Assembly: GCA_031553535.1 (NCBI GenBank)
Contig: JAVBLM010000001.1
Coordinates: 129,600-193,599, forward strand
Direction of reading: 5' to 3'
Origin: Bacteroidales bacterium
GTDB lineage: Bacteria > Bacteroidota > Bacteroidia > Bacteroidales > WCHB1-69
DNA: 64,000 bases
In this document: piece by piece, positions 19,628 through 30,375 of the stretch
Layout: every line of letters begins with the position of its first letter
How positions within the stretch are numbered: the first letter of the stretch is position 1
Position numbers and translations under genes: made by a program
Notes under the pieces: model-generated
Seen by the model: the letters and a program-made list of their open reading frames with translations, nothing else
What the model was told of the DNA's origin: nothing
Databases searched by the model: none

Positions 19628-21088
19628 ATGAAAACAATTAAAGAACTAATTAACAATATTTCTACAATTCAGATAATTGGCTTGATCGATAAGCAGATCG
19701 AAGCCATCTGTTTTGATACACGGGAAGTGAAAAGTTCTTCTTTATTTGTAGCGCAAAAAGGGACAAAAGTAGATGGGCACAAATATATTGACCAAGCTAT
19801 TGAAAAAGGGGCAACTTGCATTGTTGCGGAACAACTTCCCGTAACATTACACGAAGATGTGACCTATTTGCAAGTAAAATCTTCTCCTCATACACTCGCT
19901 CTTTTGGCATGTAACTTTTATGGCAATCCTTCCTATAAATTAAAATTAATAGGAATTACAGGAACAAATGGTAAAACAACAACCGCTACCCTACTCTATC
20001 GATTATTTACAAATCTGGGATTTAAAGCAGGGTTATTGAGTACAGTTGAGAATAAAATCGGACAAACGACAATTCCCTCTACACATACAACTCCCGATGC
20101 TATAAAAATAAATCAATTATTATCGCAGATGGTATCCGAGGGCTGTGAATATTGTTTTATGGAAGTAAGCTCGCATGCGATTGTACAAGAACGTATCACA
20201 GGATTACATTTCGTTATTGGAATTTTTACTAACATCACGCATGATCACTTGGATTATCACAAAACATTTAAAGAATATATTGCAGCAAAAAAACTATTTT
20301 TCGATAATCTACCGAAAACAGCATTTGCTTTAACTAACATTGATGATCCAAATGGAAAAGTAATGCTACAAAACACTGCTGCGCAATGTAAAACATATAG
20401 CTTACAAACCATCAATTCTGATTTTAAAGCTAAAGTCAATGAAGATAGTTTGGAAGGAATGAATTTAATCATTGATAACGAAGATGTTTGGTTTAGATTA
20501 ATTGGAAAATTTAATGCTTACAATTTACTTTCAATTTACGCAACAGCTTTACTTTTAGGAGTTAATAAAAAAGATGTATTACGAGAAATGAGCATGCTTG
20601 AGTCAGCAGAAGGCAGATTTTCTACTATCAATAAAAATGGGAAAACGGTAATTATTGACTATGCTCATACTCCTGATGCACTGTTAAATGTTCTTAATAC
20701 GATAAGGGAAATAAGCAAAAACGACCAGAAAATAACTACTGTTGTCGGTTGTGGAGGAGACCGGGATAAAACAAAGCGTCCCGAAATGGCAAAAATTGCA
20801 TACAACCTAAGCGACAAAGTAATTCTTTCTTCTGATAATCCACGAAGTGAAGACCCTGATTCTATTCTCAATGATATGGTTAAGGGAATTCCAAGCGATG
20901 ATGAAAGTAATGTATTTGTTATTGTCGATAGAAAGCAAGCTATTAAATTGGCCATTGCCACATCACAAACAGGAGATATTATTCTGATTGCAGGCAAAGG
21001 TCATGAAAAATACCAAGAAATAAACGGAGTGAAATACGAATTCGATGATATCGAAATTGCTAAAAACTATTTAGAAAATCTAAAATAA
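19628..21088 (+). CDS. murE: UDP-MurNAc-L-Ala-D-Glu--2,6-diaminopimelate ligase
   Basis: GITGTNGKTT P-loop. The DNPR motif (SDNPRSEDP) indicates meso-DAP specificity. Confidence 0.95.
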   Translation: MKTIKELINNISTIQIIGLIDKQIEAICFDTREVKSSSLFVAQKGTKVDGHKYIDQAIEKGATCIVAEQLPVTLHEDVTYLQVKSSPHTLALLACNFYGNPSYKLKLIGITGTNGKTTTATLLYRLFTNLGFKAGLLSTVENKIGQTTIPSTHTTPDAIKINQLLSQMVSEGCEYCFMEVSSHAIVQERITGLHFVIGIFTNITHDHLDYHKTFKEYIAAKKLFFDNLPKTAFALTNIDDPNGKVMLQNTAAQCKTYSLQTINSDFKAKVNEDSLEGMNLIIDNEDVWFRLIGKFNAYNLLSIYATALLLGVNKKDVLREMSMLESAEGRFSTINKNGKTVIIDYAHTPDALLNVLNTIREISKNDQKITTVVGCGGDRDKTKRPEMAKIAYNLSDKVILSSDNPRSEDPDSILNDMVKGIPSDDESNVFVIVDRKQAIKLAIATSQTGDIILIAGKGHEKYQEINGVKYEFDDIEIAKNYLENLK

Positions 21089-21094
21089 TGATAT

Positions 21095-22348
21095 ATGTTC
21101 TACTATCTTTTTAATTGGTTAGATAAGACTTTTAATATACCCGGAGCAGGAGTCTTTCAATATATTTCCTTTCGGACTGCAATGGCGGGATTGGTATCTC
21201 TATTTTTATCATTGATAATCGGAAAATATGTAATCCGATTACTACAAAAGAAACAAATTGGAGAAGATATTCGTGATTTGGGTTTGGAAGGTCAAATACA
21301 GAAGAAAGGAACCCCTACCATGGGAGGGATTATTATCTTATTCAGCATATTAGTTCCGGTTTTATTGTTCAATAAATTGGACAATATCTATATTATTCTC
21401 ATGATTATCACTACGATATGGCTCGGACTACTTGGATTTATCGACGATTATATCAAGGTGGCAAAAAAGAATAAGGGAGGAATTTCTTCCAAGGTGAAAC
21501 TGATAGGACAATCCATTTTAGGTTTGGTAGTTGGTTTGGTTCTCTTTTTCAATCCTAATGTGGTGATAAAAGAAAAACTTCCCGATTCCAATTTTGTAAA
21601 GACAGAAGAAGTATTTCGTGTAGAAAACAGTTCCGATGGAGAAAAAACCAAAACGGCTAAATTTACAAAATCAACCAAAACGACTATTCCATTTTTCAAA
21701 AATAATGAATTCGATTATGCCAGCCTGTTAAAATGGTTGGGCGACGGTTATGAAAAATGGGCGTGGATTATTTATATTCCCATTATTATTTTTATTATCT
21801 GCGCAGTTAGTAACGGAGCTAATCTTACCGACGGGTTGGACGGATTGGCCATTTCAGTCTCGGGAATTATAGGAGCAACCTTGGGAGTATTGGCATATGT
21901 ATCGGGAAACACCATCTTTGCTGAGTATTTGAATATCATGTATATTCCTAATACCGGCGAGCTGATGATTTTTGCCGGAGCACTTGTCGGCGCCTGTTTA
22001 GGATTTTATTGGTGGAATACCTATCCCGCACAAGTATTCATGGGAGATACAGGATCTTTAGCTTTGGGAGGCATTATCGCTGTTTTTGCAATTATTATAC
22101 GTAAAGAATTGTTAATTCCTATTTTATGTGGAATCTTTTTTGTCCAAAGCATCTCCGTAATCGCCCAGGTAACTTACTTTAAATATACAAAGAAAAAATA
22201 TGGAGAAGGAAGGCGTATTTTTTTAATGACCCCGATCCATCATCATTACCAGAAAAAAGGCATGCATGAAGCAAAGATAGTACAACGGTTTATTGTCATC
22301 GCTATCATACTGGCCGTAGTAACCATAGTAACATTAAAATTACGTTAA
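21095..22348 (+). CDS. mraY: Phospho-N-acetylmuramoyl-pentapeptide transferase
   Basis: [13 protein letters not shown] and [12 protein letters not shown] signatures. Polytopic membrane protein. Confidence 0.95.
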   Translation: MFYYLFNWLDKTFNIPGAGVFQYISFRTAMAGLVSLFLSLIIGKYVIRLLQKKQIGEDIRDLGLEGQIQKKGTPTMGGIIILFSILVPVLLFNKLDNIYIILMIITTIWLGLLGFIDDYIKVAKKNKGGISSKVKLIGQSILGLVVGLVLFFNPNVVIKEKLPDSNFVKTEEVFRVENSSDGEKTKTAKFTKSTKTTIPFFKNNEFDYASLLKWLGDGYEKWAWIIYIPIIIFIICAVSNGANLTDGLDGLAISVSGIIGATLGVLAYVSGNTIFAEYLNIMYIPNTGELMIFAGALVGACLGFYWWNTYPAQVFMGDTGSLALGGIIAVFAIIIRKELLIPILCGIFFVQSISVIAQVTYFKYTKKKYGEGRRIFLMTPIHHHYQKKGMHEAKIVQRFIVIAIILAVVTIVTLKLR

Positions 22349-22365
22349 ACAAAAATATATCAATC

Positions 22366-22911
22366 ATGAAATTTGAAGATTTAATGATCGACCGATCGCA
22401 AACTGTTGCCGAGCAGGCTGCCATTCTAGAAAATAGACTGATTGCCATTCGTAGATCAAATAGACAAGAAATTGTCAACCAGTTTGATAAAGAAGAACAT
22501 CGATTAGAGCATGTCACCCTGTTCCGAGGGGTGAATTTTATCAATGATTCCAAAGCGTGTACAATCAATGCAACTTATTATAGCTTTGAAACCATGAAAA
22601 GTGACATCATCTGGATGGCAGGGGGGAATGATTCTTCAATGAATTATATGGAGCTGATAGGACATGTGTCACAAAAGGTCAAAGCATTGATTTGTATTGG
22701 CAATAACAATAAAACGCTAATGAAAACATTTGTCAAATATATTGCATCTATTCAAGAACAAAAGAACATGGAAGATGCCGTACGGACAGCCTTTTATTCG
22801 GCACAAAAAGGCAATATTGTACTATTATCCACAGGGTGTGAGTGTGATGAATTGTACACAGATTATCAAGAGCGAGGAACTACCTTTAAAAAAGCAATAG
22901 CTCAATTATAA
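22366..22911 (+). CDS. murD: MurD C-terminal-domain-only ORF (murD lacking N-terminal and ATP-binding domains)
   Basis: 181 aa. HRLEHV, GVNFINDSKA, GGNDSSMNY, VLLSTGCECDELYTDYQERG and F.KAI align with the last ~140 residues of MurD. No GxNGKT P-loop. Only 17 nt separate the ORF from the mraY stop. Confidence 0.7.
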   Translation: MKFEDLMIDRSQTVAEQAAILENRLIAIRRSNRQEIVNQFDKEEHRLEHVTLFRGVNFINDSKACTINATYYSFETMKSDIIWMAGGNDSSMNYMELIGHVSQKVKALICIGNNNKTLMKTFVKYIASIQEQKNMEDAVRTAFYSAQKGNIVLLSTGCECDELYTDYQERGTTFKKAIAQL

Positions 22912-22912
22912 A

Positions 22913-24064
22913 ATGGAGAACAAAAAACTTATCGGGAAATTGAAAGGAGACCGCATAATATGGGGAATAATTGTTCTATTATCTGTGTTTTCCATATTCG
23001 TTGTATACAGTACCGGCTCAAAACTAGGGGATCCGTTACATAAAGAAAGTATATGGTTTCTTATTCGCGGACATGTTTTTTATCTTGTCCTGGGATTCCT
23101 GGTAATGTATATTATGAGCAATGTCAATTACAGATGGATCGGTCGGTTATCGAAAATCGGATTTCTGATAGGTTTACTGTTGGTATTTCTAACATTTATC
23201 TTTGGAGAAAATATGGGAGATGCCAAACGAAGTTTACGAATTTTTGGTATCTCTTTCCAAACGATACAATTAGCGGAAGTATTATTTATCATCTATTTTG
23301 CTCAATGGATTTCCCGGGTAAAAGGTGAAATTAACGATCTCAAAAGAGTTCTTTTACCTATGATTATTTATATTGTTGTAACCTGTTTACTCATTACTTC
23401 CCAAAAAACATCAGGGGGAATTATCATGGGTGCTACTTTCTTTGTTCTCTTATTTGTATCTCAACTAAAGAAAAAATACTTTTTTGCTCTATTGGGTAGC
23501 ATTGTAATTATAGGGGGATTATTCCTGTTTGTCGTCATGAATAGCAATACTTCCCTTTTCCGACTTGATACAGCAAAAGCACGTATTGAGGCTTTTACAG
23601 GTAAATCGGAATTAAATAAGGAAACAATCATTACCGAAGCGGCAATTGCAAGAGGCGGTATTTTGCCTAATCCGGGAGGATCGGTTTTGATGGGTTCGGT
23701 AGGTGAAAGCTTCTCCGATTATATTTATGCTTTTCTTGTAGAAGAGTATGGCATTCTGATGGGTATTGTTGTTATTTTATTGTATTTAGCGTTATTTTAC
23801 CGGGTACGGAAAGCAGCAGTGAATATACAATCTACTTTTGGAGCTTATTTATCAATAGGACTAGGATTCTTCATTGTATTTCAAGCATTCACACATATAT
23901 TAGTTTGTATCGGTTATTTTCCTGCAACGGGAGAAACTTTACCAATGATCAGCCGAGGGGGAATGTCTATTTTAACAATGTCATTCTGTCTTGGTATCTT
24001 ATTAAACATAAGTGAAGAAGCCAAAGAAGATAAGAAAAGATTAAAAGAAGAGCAATCGAATTAA
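22913..24064 (+). CDS. ftsW: SEDS-family peptidoglycan glycosyltransferase FtsW
   Basis: Polytopic membrane protein with PATGETLPMISRGGMS. Position in the dcw cluster. Confidence 0.9.
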   Translation: MENKKLIGKLKGDRIIWGIIVLLSVFSIFVVYSTGSKLGDPLHKESIWFLIRGHVFYLVLGFLVMYIMSNVNYRWIGRLSKIGFLIGLLLVFLTFIFGENMGDAKRSLRIFGISFQTIQLAEVLFIIYFAQWISRVKGEINDLKRVLLPMIIYIVVTCLLITSQKTSGGIIMGATFFVLLFVSQLKKKYFFALLGSIVIIGGLFLFVVMNSNTSLFRLDTAKARIEAFTGKSELNKETIITEAAIARGGILPNPGGSVLMGSVGESFSDYIYAFLVEEYGILMGIVVILLYLALFYRVRKAAVNIQSTFGAYLSIGLGFFIVFQAFTHILVCIGYFPATGETLPMISRGGMSILTMSFCLGILLNISEEAKEDKKRLKEEQSN

Positions 24065-24086
24065 ATTAAAAATAAATAATAATAGC

Positions 24087-25199
24087 ATGGCAAAAAAAAT
24101 GATCATTTCAGGTGGTGGCACAGGAGGACATATCTTTCCGGCAATTGCAATTGCCAATGCTGTAAAAGAAGAATTGTCCGATATTGAAATCCTATTTGTA
24201 GGAGCCAATGGACGAATGGAAATGAAACGTGTACCCGAAGCCGGGTTTCCTATAGAAGGATTGGATATTTATGGTCTTCAACGTAAATTGAATTTGAGAA
24301 ATATTCTTGAAAACCTGAAACTTCCTTTCCGTTTGTATCGCAGTAGTAACAAAGCAAAAGAAATCATCAAGAGATTTCATCCTGACGTAGTTGTAGGTGT
24401 TGGAGGATATGCAAGTGGCCCTACATTGAGAGTTGCGGCATCCATGGGAATCCCAACATTGATACAAGAACAAAATTCATATCCGGGAATTACCAATAAA
24501 ATACTGGCAAAAAAAGTTAACGTAATTTGTACTGCTTATGACAACCTGGATCGGTTTTTCCCTGCCGGTAAAATAATCAAAACAGGAAATCCCATTCGAA
24601 AAGATATCCTAAACTCTATAGACAAAAAAGAAGGATATGCTTATTTCCAGTTGGATGAGAATAAGAAAACAGTTGCTGTTGTCGGAGGCAGTTTGGGTTC
24701 CCGTACTATCAATGAAAGTGTTTGTACATTTGTAAAAGAGCTATCAGATAAAAAAGTTCAAATGATATGGCAAACAGGAGAATATTACTATCAGAATCTT
24801 CCGGATGAATATAAAAGGCTGGAAGGAGTAAAAGTAATGCCTTTTGTACAACGGATGGATTATTTATACGGCATTGCCGATGTAGTAGTTTCCCGCGCAG
24901 GAGCTATTGCACTTTCGGAATTATGTGTTGTAGCAAAACCTTGCATCTTAATCCCTTCCCCAAATGTTTCGGAAGATCATCAGACAAAAAATGCAAAAGT
25001 ACTTTCCAATGCAGGAGCCGCTATTTTAATACCTGACAATAAAGCACGCGAAGAACTGAAAGATGCCGTATTTGAACTTATTGTAGATGAAGGTCGCTGT
25101 ACTACTATGAAAGAAAATTTGAAAAAAATGGCACAACCTAATGCAGCCAAACAAATTGCAAAAGAGATAATTAAATTAATGGATAAGAAAAATGGATAA
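24087..25199 (+). CDS. murG: UDP-GlcNAc--MurNAc-(pentapeptide)-PP-undecaprenol GlcNAc transferase
   Basis: GGGTGGHIFPAIAIA N-terminus. The C-terminal region SRAGA...E is typical of MurG. Confidence 0.95.
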   Translation: MAKKMIISGGGTGGHIFPAIAIANAVKEELSDIEILFVGANGRMEMKRVPEAGFPIEGLDIYGLQRKLNLRNILENLKLPFRLYRSSNKAKEIIKRFHPDVVVGVGGYASGPTLRVAASMGIPTLIQEQNSYPGITNKILAKKVNVICTAYDNLDRFFPAGKIIKTGNPIRKDILNSIDKKEGYAYFQLDENKKTVAVVGGSLGSRTINESVCTFVKELSDKKVQMIWQTGEYYYQNLPDEYKRLEGVKVMPFVQRMDYLYGIADVVVSRAGAIALSELCVVAKPCILIPSPNVSEDHQTKNAKVLSNAGAAILIPDNKAREELKDAVFELIVDEGRCTTMKENLKKMAQPNAAKQIAKEIIKLMDKKNG

Positions 25200-26553
25200 A
25201 ATTCCCGTTGATATAAAAAGCATCTATTTCTTAGGAATAGGGGGCATCGGAATGAGCGCCCTTGCTCGCTATTTCCATAGACAGGGAATTTTTGTATCCG
25301 GATACGACAAGACACCCTCTCCCCTGACCGATGAATTGATTGCCGAAGGAATATCCGTTCATTTTGAGGATGATATTTCTCAAATACCGGATTCGTTGTC
25401 CATGGCAATATATACTCCTGCTGTTCCAAAAGGGAATAAAGAATATGAATTCTTACAAAAATCCAGAACACCTTTTTTGAAGCGTTCGCAGTTATTAGGC
25501 TTGCTTACGCATGGAAAAACAACATTTGCAATAGCGGGAACACATGGAAAAACCTCCACGACCGCAATGACGGCACATATACTACATGGAGAAAAAAAAA
25601 TAATTGCATTTATCGGAGGAATTGCCTCCAATTACAACTCTAATCTAATTTACGATAACAATCCGGAGATTATACTTGTAGAAGCGGATGAATACGACCG
25701 TTCTTTTCTAACCCTTCATCCTGATATTGCCGTAATTACAGCAATGGATGCCGACCATTTAGATGTTTATGGAAATAATAACGGTTTGATAGAATCATTC
25801 AACGATTTTGCAAACAACATCAAAAAAGGGGGAACTCTTATTACAAAGAATTCATTAGTAAAGAATATCCATACAAAAGCAAATATAAAAACATACGGTC
25901 TGGAACCCGGTATTTCGGATTATTATGCTACAAACATACATATTAAAAACGAAAAGCAATACTTTGATATAGTTACTCCCAATGGAATTATTGAGAATAT
26001 TTCTTTCGAAGCGGGAGGATTACACAATGTAGAAAATGCAGTAGCGGCAACAGCTATTGCTGATATTGCAAATGTAAATCATCAAACGATAAAAAAACAA
26101 TTAGAATCTTATAAAGGGGTAAAACGGAGATTCGAATATATTATACGTAGAGAAAATTGTATTTATATCGACGATTATGCACATCATCCGCAGGAAATAA
26201 AGGCTTGTATTGCCTCTGCTAAAATGATGCATCCCGGCAAGAAAATATGCGGGATATTTCAACCTCATCTCTATAGTAGAACCAGGGATTTTGCCGATGA
26301 ATTTGCAAGAAGCCTGGAAGAGTTGGACCATGTTATCCTGCTCGACATTTATCCTGCCAGGGAGTTACCGATAGAAGGAGTAAGTTCCAAAATGTTATTG
26401 AAAAAAATAAACAAAACAGAAAAGATATTAGTAAACAAAGAACAACTTCTCCAATATCTGGAGATCATAAAACCGGAGGTGCTTATTACAATGGGAGCAG
26501 GAGACATCGATCGATTAGTAAAGGATATAAAAAAAGTGTTTGATCATGAGTAA
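25192..26553 (+). CDS. murC: UDP-N-acetylmuramate--L-alanine ligase
   Basis: FLGIGGIGMSALA and GTHGKTSTTAM motifs. 453 aa. Confidence 0.95.
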   Translation: MDKIPVDIKSIYFLGIGGIGMSALARYFHRQGIFVSGYDKTPSPLTDELIAEGISVHFEDDISQIPDSLSMAIYTPAVPKGNKEYEFLQKSRTPFLKRSQLLGLLTHGKTTFAIAGTHGKTSTTAMTAHILHGEKKIIAFIGGIASNYNSNLIYDNNPEIILVEADEYDRSFLTLHPDIAVITAMDADHLDVYGNNNGLIESFNDFANNIKKGGTLITKNSLVKNIHTKANIKTYGLEPGISDYYATNIHIKNEKQYFDIVTPNGIIENISFEAGGLHNVENAVAATAIADIANVNHQTIKKQLESYKGVKRRFEYIIRRENCIYIDDYAHHPQEIKACIASAKMMHPGKKICGIFQPHLYSRTRDFADEFARSLEELDHVILLDIYPARELPIEGVSSKMLLKKINKTEKILVNKEQLLQYLEIIKPEVLITMGAGDIDRLVKDIKKVFDHE

Positions 26554-27355
26554 GAAAAACATCATTATTTATTCTATATTCGGCATTATTTTTATTGCAT
26601 GTTTTGTCTTTTATGCTATCCTGTCAAAAGACAAAAAATACACGGAGATAATATATAAGATCGAATATCCATCAGATACTTTATTTACCGAAAAAGAATT
26701 CACTCAATATGTTTCCAAAGTTCATCCGTCAATCATTGGAAAACCTTTTGACAGTGTAAACCTCTCTACTCTTGAGAAAAAAATAGAAAAGTATCCATAC
26801 ATATCCAATGCCGATGTGATCAATAATCGCGGAACATTAATAATAAAGGCTACACAGGAAAAAATTATTGCAAAGGTATTCAATAGTAAAGATCAGCAAT
26901 TTTTCCTGGCAGAGAGTGGGAAACTAGTTCCTAAATCAAAAAACACGGCAGGAAGAATTGTTATTGCGAATGGAAATATAAACAAACAATATACGGATAA
27001 CTATTTTGTCTACAATGAAGACAGTCTCAATAAAGATAAGTCAAAAACAAAATATTCTCAGCTACATATTGTTTGGAAAATGGCATCTTTCATAGAAAAA
27101 GATCCTTTCTGGAATGCACAAATAAGCCAAATCTACGTTAATAATAAACAGGAAATCGAGCTCATTCCTACAATAGGGGATCATGTGATTCTATTTGGAA
27201 GTATTGGGCTTCAAGAAAACATCGATAATGTTATTAAACAACGTTTAGATAATTTAAGAAATTTATATATTGATGGATTTAAAATAACCGGATGGGAGAA
27301 ATATAAATCCATTAACTTAAAATATGGAACAGAAATTTCTTGTGAAAGAAAATAA
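26546..27355 (+). CDS. ftsQ: Cell-division protein FtsQ
   Basis: Position in the cluster, a single N-terminal TM and a POTRA-like region. The track start at 26540 is TTG. ATG at 26546. Confidence 0.75.
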   Translation: MSKKNIIIYSIFGIIFIACFVFYAILSKDKKYTEIIYKIEYPSDTLFTEKEFTQYVSKVHPSIIGKPFDSVNLSTLEKKIEKYPYISNADVINNRGTLIIKATQEKIIAKVFNSKDQQFFLAESGKLVPKSKNTAGRIVIANGNINKQYTDNYFVYNEDSLNKDKSKTKYSQLHIVWKMASFIEKDPFWNAQISQIYVNNKQEIELIPTIGDHVILFGSIGLQENIDNVIKQRLDNLRNLYIDGFKITGWEKYKSINLKYGTEISCERK

Positions 27356-27378
27356 TTAACCCACGATAAATAAATATT

Positions 27379-28773
27379 ATGTTAGATCTAAGTTTCAAAA
27401 AATCGAGAAAAAAGCACCTTGATCAAACAGAAGAAGCAAAAATTGCAGTAGGACTTGACATTGGAACGACAAAAGTCGTCGCATTTGTCGGACAACGGAA
27501 TAAAGATGGGAAAATACATATACTGGGTCACGGCAAACATGTATCACTCGGCGTACAACGAGGACAGGTTATCAATATTGATAAAACGGCCGATGCTATC
27601 AGGCAGGCAATCTCCCAAGCAGAAAATAAAGCCAATATTGACATTGACACAGTAATGGTTGGAATTGCAGGCCAGCATATCAACAACACTCAAATTCTGG
27701 GTGAAATTAAGCGTCGTAATCCGGATTCGGAAATAACAAAAGAAGATGTCCGGATGTTGATTGACGATATGTTTAAGGTAGCGGTAAACCCCGGAACACA
27801 AATCATTGATATTATTCCCCAGGAATATACTGTAGATAGCTTTATCGGTTTGGATGATCCTATCGGTGTATTAGGGATACAGTTAAGTTCGGTATTCAAT
27901 GTAATTACAGGAAATTCGCAACATATCAAAAACATAGCCAGATGTGTCAAACGTTGTAAATTAGAAATGGACGGACTGGTGTTGGAACCGATAGCTTCTG
28001 CTGAAGTTGTTCTGGATAAAAGGGAAAAAGAAACCGGAGTTGCGTTGGTTGACATCGGAGGCGGAACAACAGATATCGCCGTATTTATTAATGGCATTCT
28101 GCGGCACACCGCTGTAATTCCTATCGGAGGAGATGTAATTACCGATGATATCAAAGCTGTATTCAAGGGAATTGTCAAAGAGGAAGCCGAGACATTAAAA
28201 ATAAAACATGGTTCATGTATTCCAAATAAAGGGAATGAAAATCATGTTATTTCTATTCCCGGCATAAAAGGTCGCCCGGCTACCGAAATCCCCGTAGTGG
28301 ATTTGGCAGAAGTAATCGCTGCGCGAACCAAAGAAATTATTCAGCGTATAGCCGATGAGCTTAAAAACGCCAATTGTTTCAACAAGCTTGGCTGCGGAAT
28401 AGTATTAACCGGAGGCGGTGCACAATTAAAAGATATTAAGGAATTTACCGAATACAATACCGGGTTATCCGTACGGATAGGCAATCCGGAAGAAAAGATT
28501 GTAATTGAAAAAGAAGCTGAATGGAATCATCCCATGTATGCTACCGGATTAGGGCTTATGATACTCGGAATAGAGAAAGATGAAGACCTGCATGCAATCA
28601 GGGATGAAAGAGATGAAAACACATCCGCATCTAAAAAGCCAAGTAAACAAATTAGAAATACAGAGGCCAGAGATGGAGAAAGAGATAAATACCGTCCGTG
28701 GGAAAAAATCAGGGAAGTGGTTTATTCATTGGTAAGCGATGATGACATGGACGATGATTTCGAAGATGATTAA
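27379..28773 (+). CDS. ftsA: Cell-division protein FtsA
   Basis: Actin-fold motifs GLDIGTTKV and DIGGGTTDIAVF. Long acidic C-terminal tail (DDDMDDDFEDD). Confidence 0.95.
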   Translation: MLDLSFKKSRKKHLDQTEEAKIAVGLDIGTTKVVAFVGQRNKDGKIHILGHGKHVSLGVQRGQVINIDKTADAIRQAISQAENKANIDIDTVMVGIAGQHINNTQILGEIKRRNPDSEITKEDVRMLIDDMFKVAVNPGTQIIDIIPQEYTVDSFIGLDDPIGVLGIQLSSVFNVITGNSQHIKNIARCVKRCKLEMDGLVLEPIASAEVVLDKREKETGVALVDIGGGTTDIAVFINGILRHTAVIPIGGDVITDDIKAVFKGIVKEEAETLKIKHGSCIPNKGNENHVISIPGIKGRPATEIPVVDLAEVIAARTKEIIQRIADELKNANCFNKLGCGIVLTGGGAQLKDIKEFTEYNTGLSVRIGNPEEKIVIEKEAEWNHPMYATGLGLMILGIEKDEDLHAIRDERDENTSASKKPSKQIRNTEARDGERDKYRPWEKIREVVYSLVSDDDMDDDFEDD

Positions 28774-28819
28774 CTAATAATTATAATACAGTATATATAA
28801 CATTAAAAACTCATTAACA

Positions 28820-30151
28820 ATGATAAATTTTGACAACGGAAATCTAATGGAAATAACACCTTATATGGATGATCAAACAGCCGGAACATCTTCAATAATT
28901 AAGGTGATTGGTGTTGGCGGCGGCGGAAGCAATGCGGCCCGGCACATGTACAATATGGGTATTATCGGGGTTGATTTTATGATATGCAACACCGACAAAC
29001 AAGCCTTGGAAAGTAATCCTATCCCTATAAAAATACAATTGGGGAAAAATGGATTAGGCGCCGGAGCGATCCCTGAAGTTGCCAGAGATGCAGCGCTGGA
29101 CAGTGAAGAAGAAATAAAAGCTGCCCTTGCCGGAACAAAAATGTTGTTTGTAACAGCCGGTATGGGTGGAGGTACCGGAACAGGAGCCTCCCCTATTGTG
29201 GCTTCTATTGCCAGAGACTTGGGGATTTTAACGGTCGGTATTGTTACTTATCCGTTCAACTTCGAACAAAAAGACAAGTTTGACCTTGCCAATGAAGGGA
29301 TTAATGAATTAAGCCAAAACGTAGATGCCCTTATCGTCATTAAAAACGAAGCATTAAAAAGCTTTTACCCTGATTTAAAGCTATCCAATGCTTTTGCAAA
29401 GGTAGATGATGTTTTGTTAATCGCAGCAAAAAGCATTGCGGAACTTATCACGTTGGAATCCATTATCAATGTGGATTTTAATGATGTAAAAACTATTTTA
29501 CAGAACAGCGGAACCGCATTGATCGGTTCGGGAGAAGCTGAAGGGGAAGATAGAGCCTTTAAAGCAGTGGAAGCAGCAATTAACAGCCCGTTATTAGATC
29601 AAAATTCAATCTATGGTGCTGAAAAGTTATTATTCTTTATTTCATATAGCGACGATAATCAGATTACCATAAACGAACTGGAAAAAATAACCGAGGAACT
29701 GGAAAACAAAACCTGTACTACAAGTAAAAAACTAATCTGGGGACATGGAATTGACGATAACCTCGGAGATAAAGTACGGGTAACTGTCATTGCTACGGGA
29801 CTACACAACAATACAGGGACATATGGAAGCAAGGCATCTCCCGGAAAGGAAAATGCACCAGGTGAACAGGTTAAAATCCCTTATGATACGGATAACGCAC
29901 CTAAAGAAGAAAAGAAAACAAATGAATCTACGGTTATTAAAGTTCCTCTAGGCGAGGTTCCGGATAATAACCAATTACGAGGCAAATCGGAAGAAGAAGT
30001 AACGGAATATCTTAATAAGCCTGCTTATATCCGGGAAAGGGAATTGAAAAAATTCGACAGTAACTCGAATGATGAAATCTCCAATTACAAAGCAGGGGCA
30101 AACGGATTAGAATGTAATGCACCCTCTTTTCTAAACAACGTGGTTGACTAA
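28820..30151 (+). CDS. ftsZ: Cell-division GTPase FtsZ
   Basis: GVGGGGSNA and the tubulin signature GMGGGTGTGA. C-terminal PSFLNN peptide. Confidence 0.95.
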   Translation: MINFDNGNLMEITPYMDDQTAGTSSIIKVIGVGGGGSNAARHMYNMGIIGVDFMICNTDKQALESNPIPIKIQLGKNGLGAGAIPEVARDAALDSEEEIKAALAGTKMLFVTAGMGGGTGTGASPIVASIARDLGILTVGIVTYPFNFEQKDKFDLANEGINELSQNVDALIVIKNEALKSFYPDLKLSNAFAKVDDVLLIAAKSIAELITLESIINVDFNDVKTILQNSGTALIGSGEAEGEDRAFKAVEAAINSPLLDQNSIYGAEKLLFFISYSDDNQITINELEKITEELENKTCTTSKKLIWGHGIDDNLGDKVRVTVIATGLHNNTGTYGSKASPGKENAPGEQVKIPYDTDNAPKEEKKTNESTVIKVPLGEVPDNNQLRGKSEEEVTEYLNKPAYIRERELKKFDSNSNDEISNYKAGANGLECNAPSFLNNVVD

Positions 30152-30213
30152 CGATAAAATCTTTTTCATAATTCAAATTATGGCTACCTCCCCGGTAGCC
30201 TTTTTTATTTTTT
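30150..30213 (+). terminator. Conserved stop-proximal module plus intrinsic terminator (copy 1 of 3)
   Basis: aacgataaaatctttttcataattcaaattatGGCTACCtccccGGTAGCCttttttatttttt. Stem at 30182-30188 / 30194-30200. Near-identical modules are at 40290-40355 and 50090-50151. Confidence 0.8.
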
Positions 30214-30375
30214 CCCATAGGCATCCCTACTGTTCATCCATAGTTATCCCTACGTATTACCCGTAAGGATAACTACGGTTCATCCGTAGGCATACCTACT
30301 GACAATACGTAGGAGTAACTACTTTTCATCCATAAGATAGCTACCGGTAATATAAAGGCATACCCTAAGTATAAA
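30214..30375. repeat. Tandem array of 46-bp units (two 23-bp hairpin half-units each), about 3.5 copies
   Basis: TTCATCC recurs at 30233, 30279 and 30325. Half-units carry short stems such as GTAGG-cata-CCTAC, CGTA-aggataac-TACG and GTAG-gagtaa-CTAC. Confidence 0.65.

Noticed and set aside
22305-22568. Possibility that the missing MurD N-terminus is hidden in another frame or strand near the mraY/murD junction
   Set aside because: Only 17 nt separate the mraY stop from the 181-aa ORF. The minus ORF 22305-22568 has no Mur-ligase features. No P-loop-encoding sequence is present nearby.
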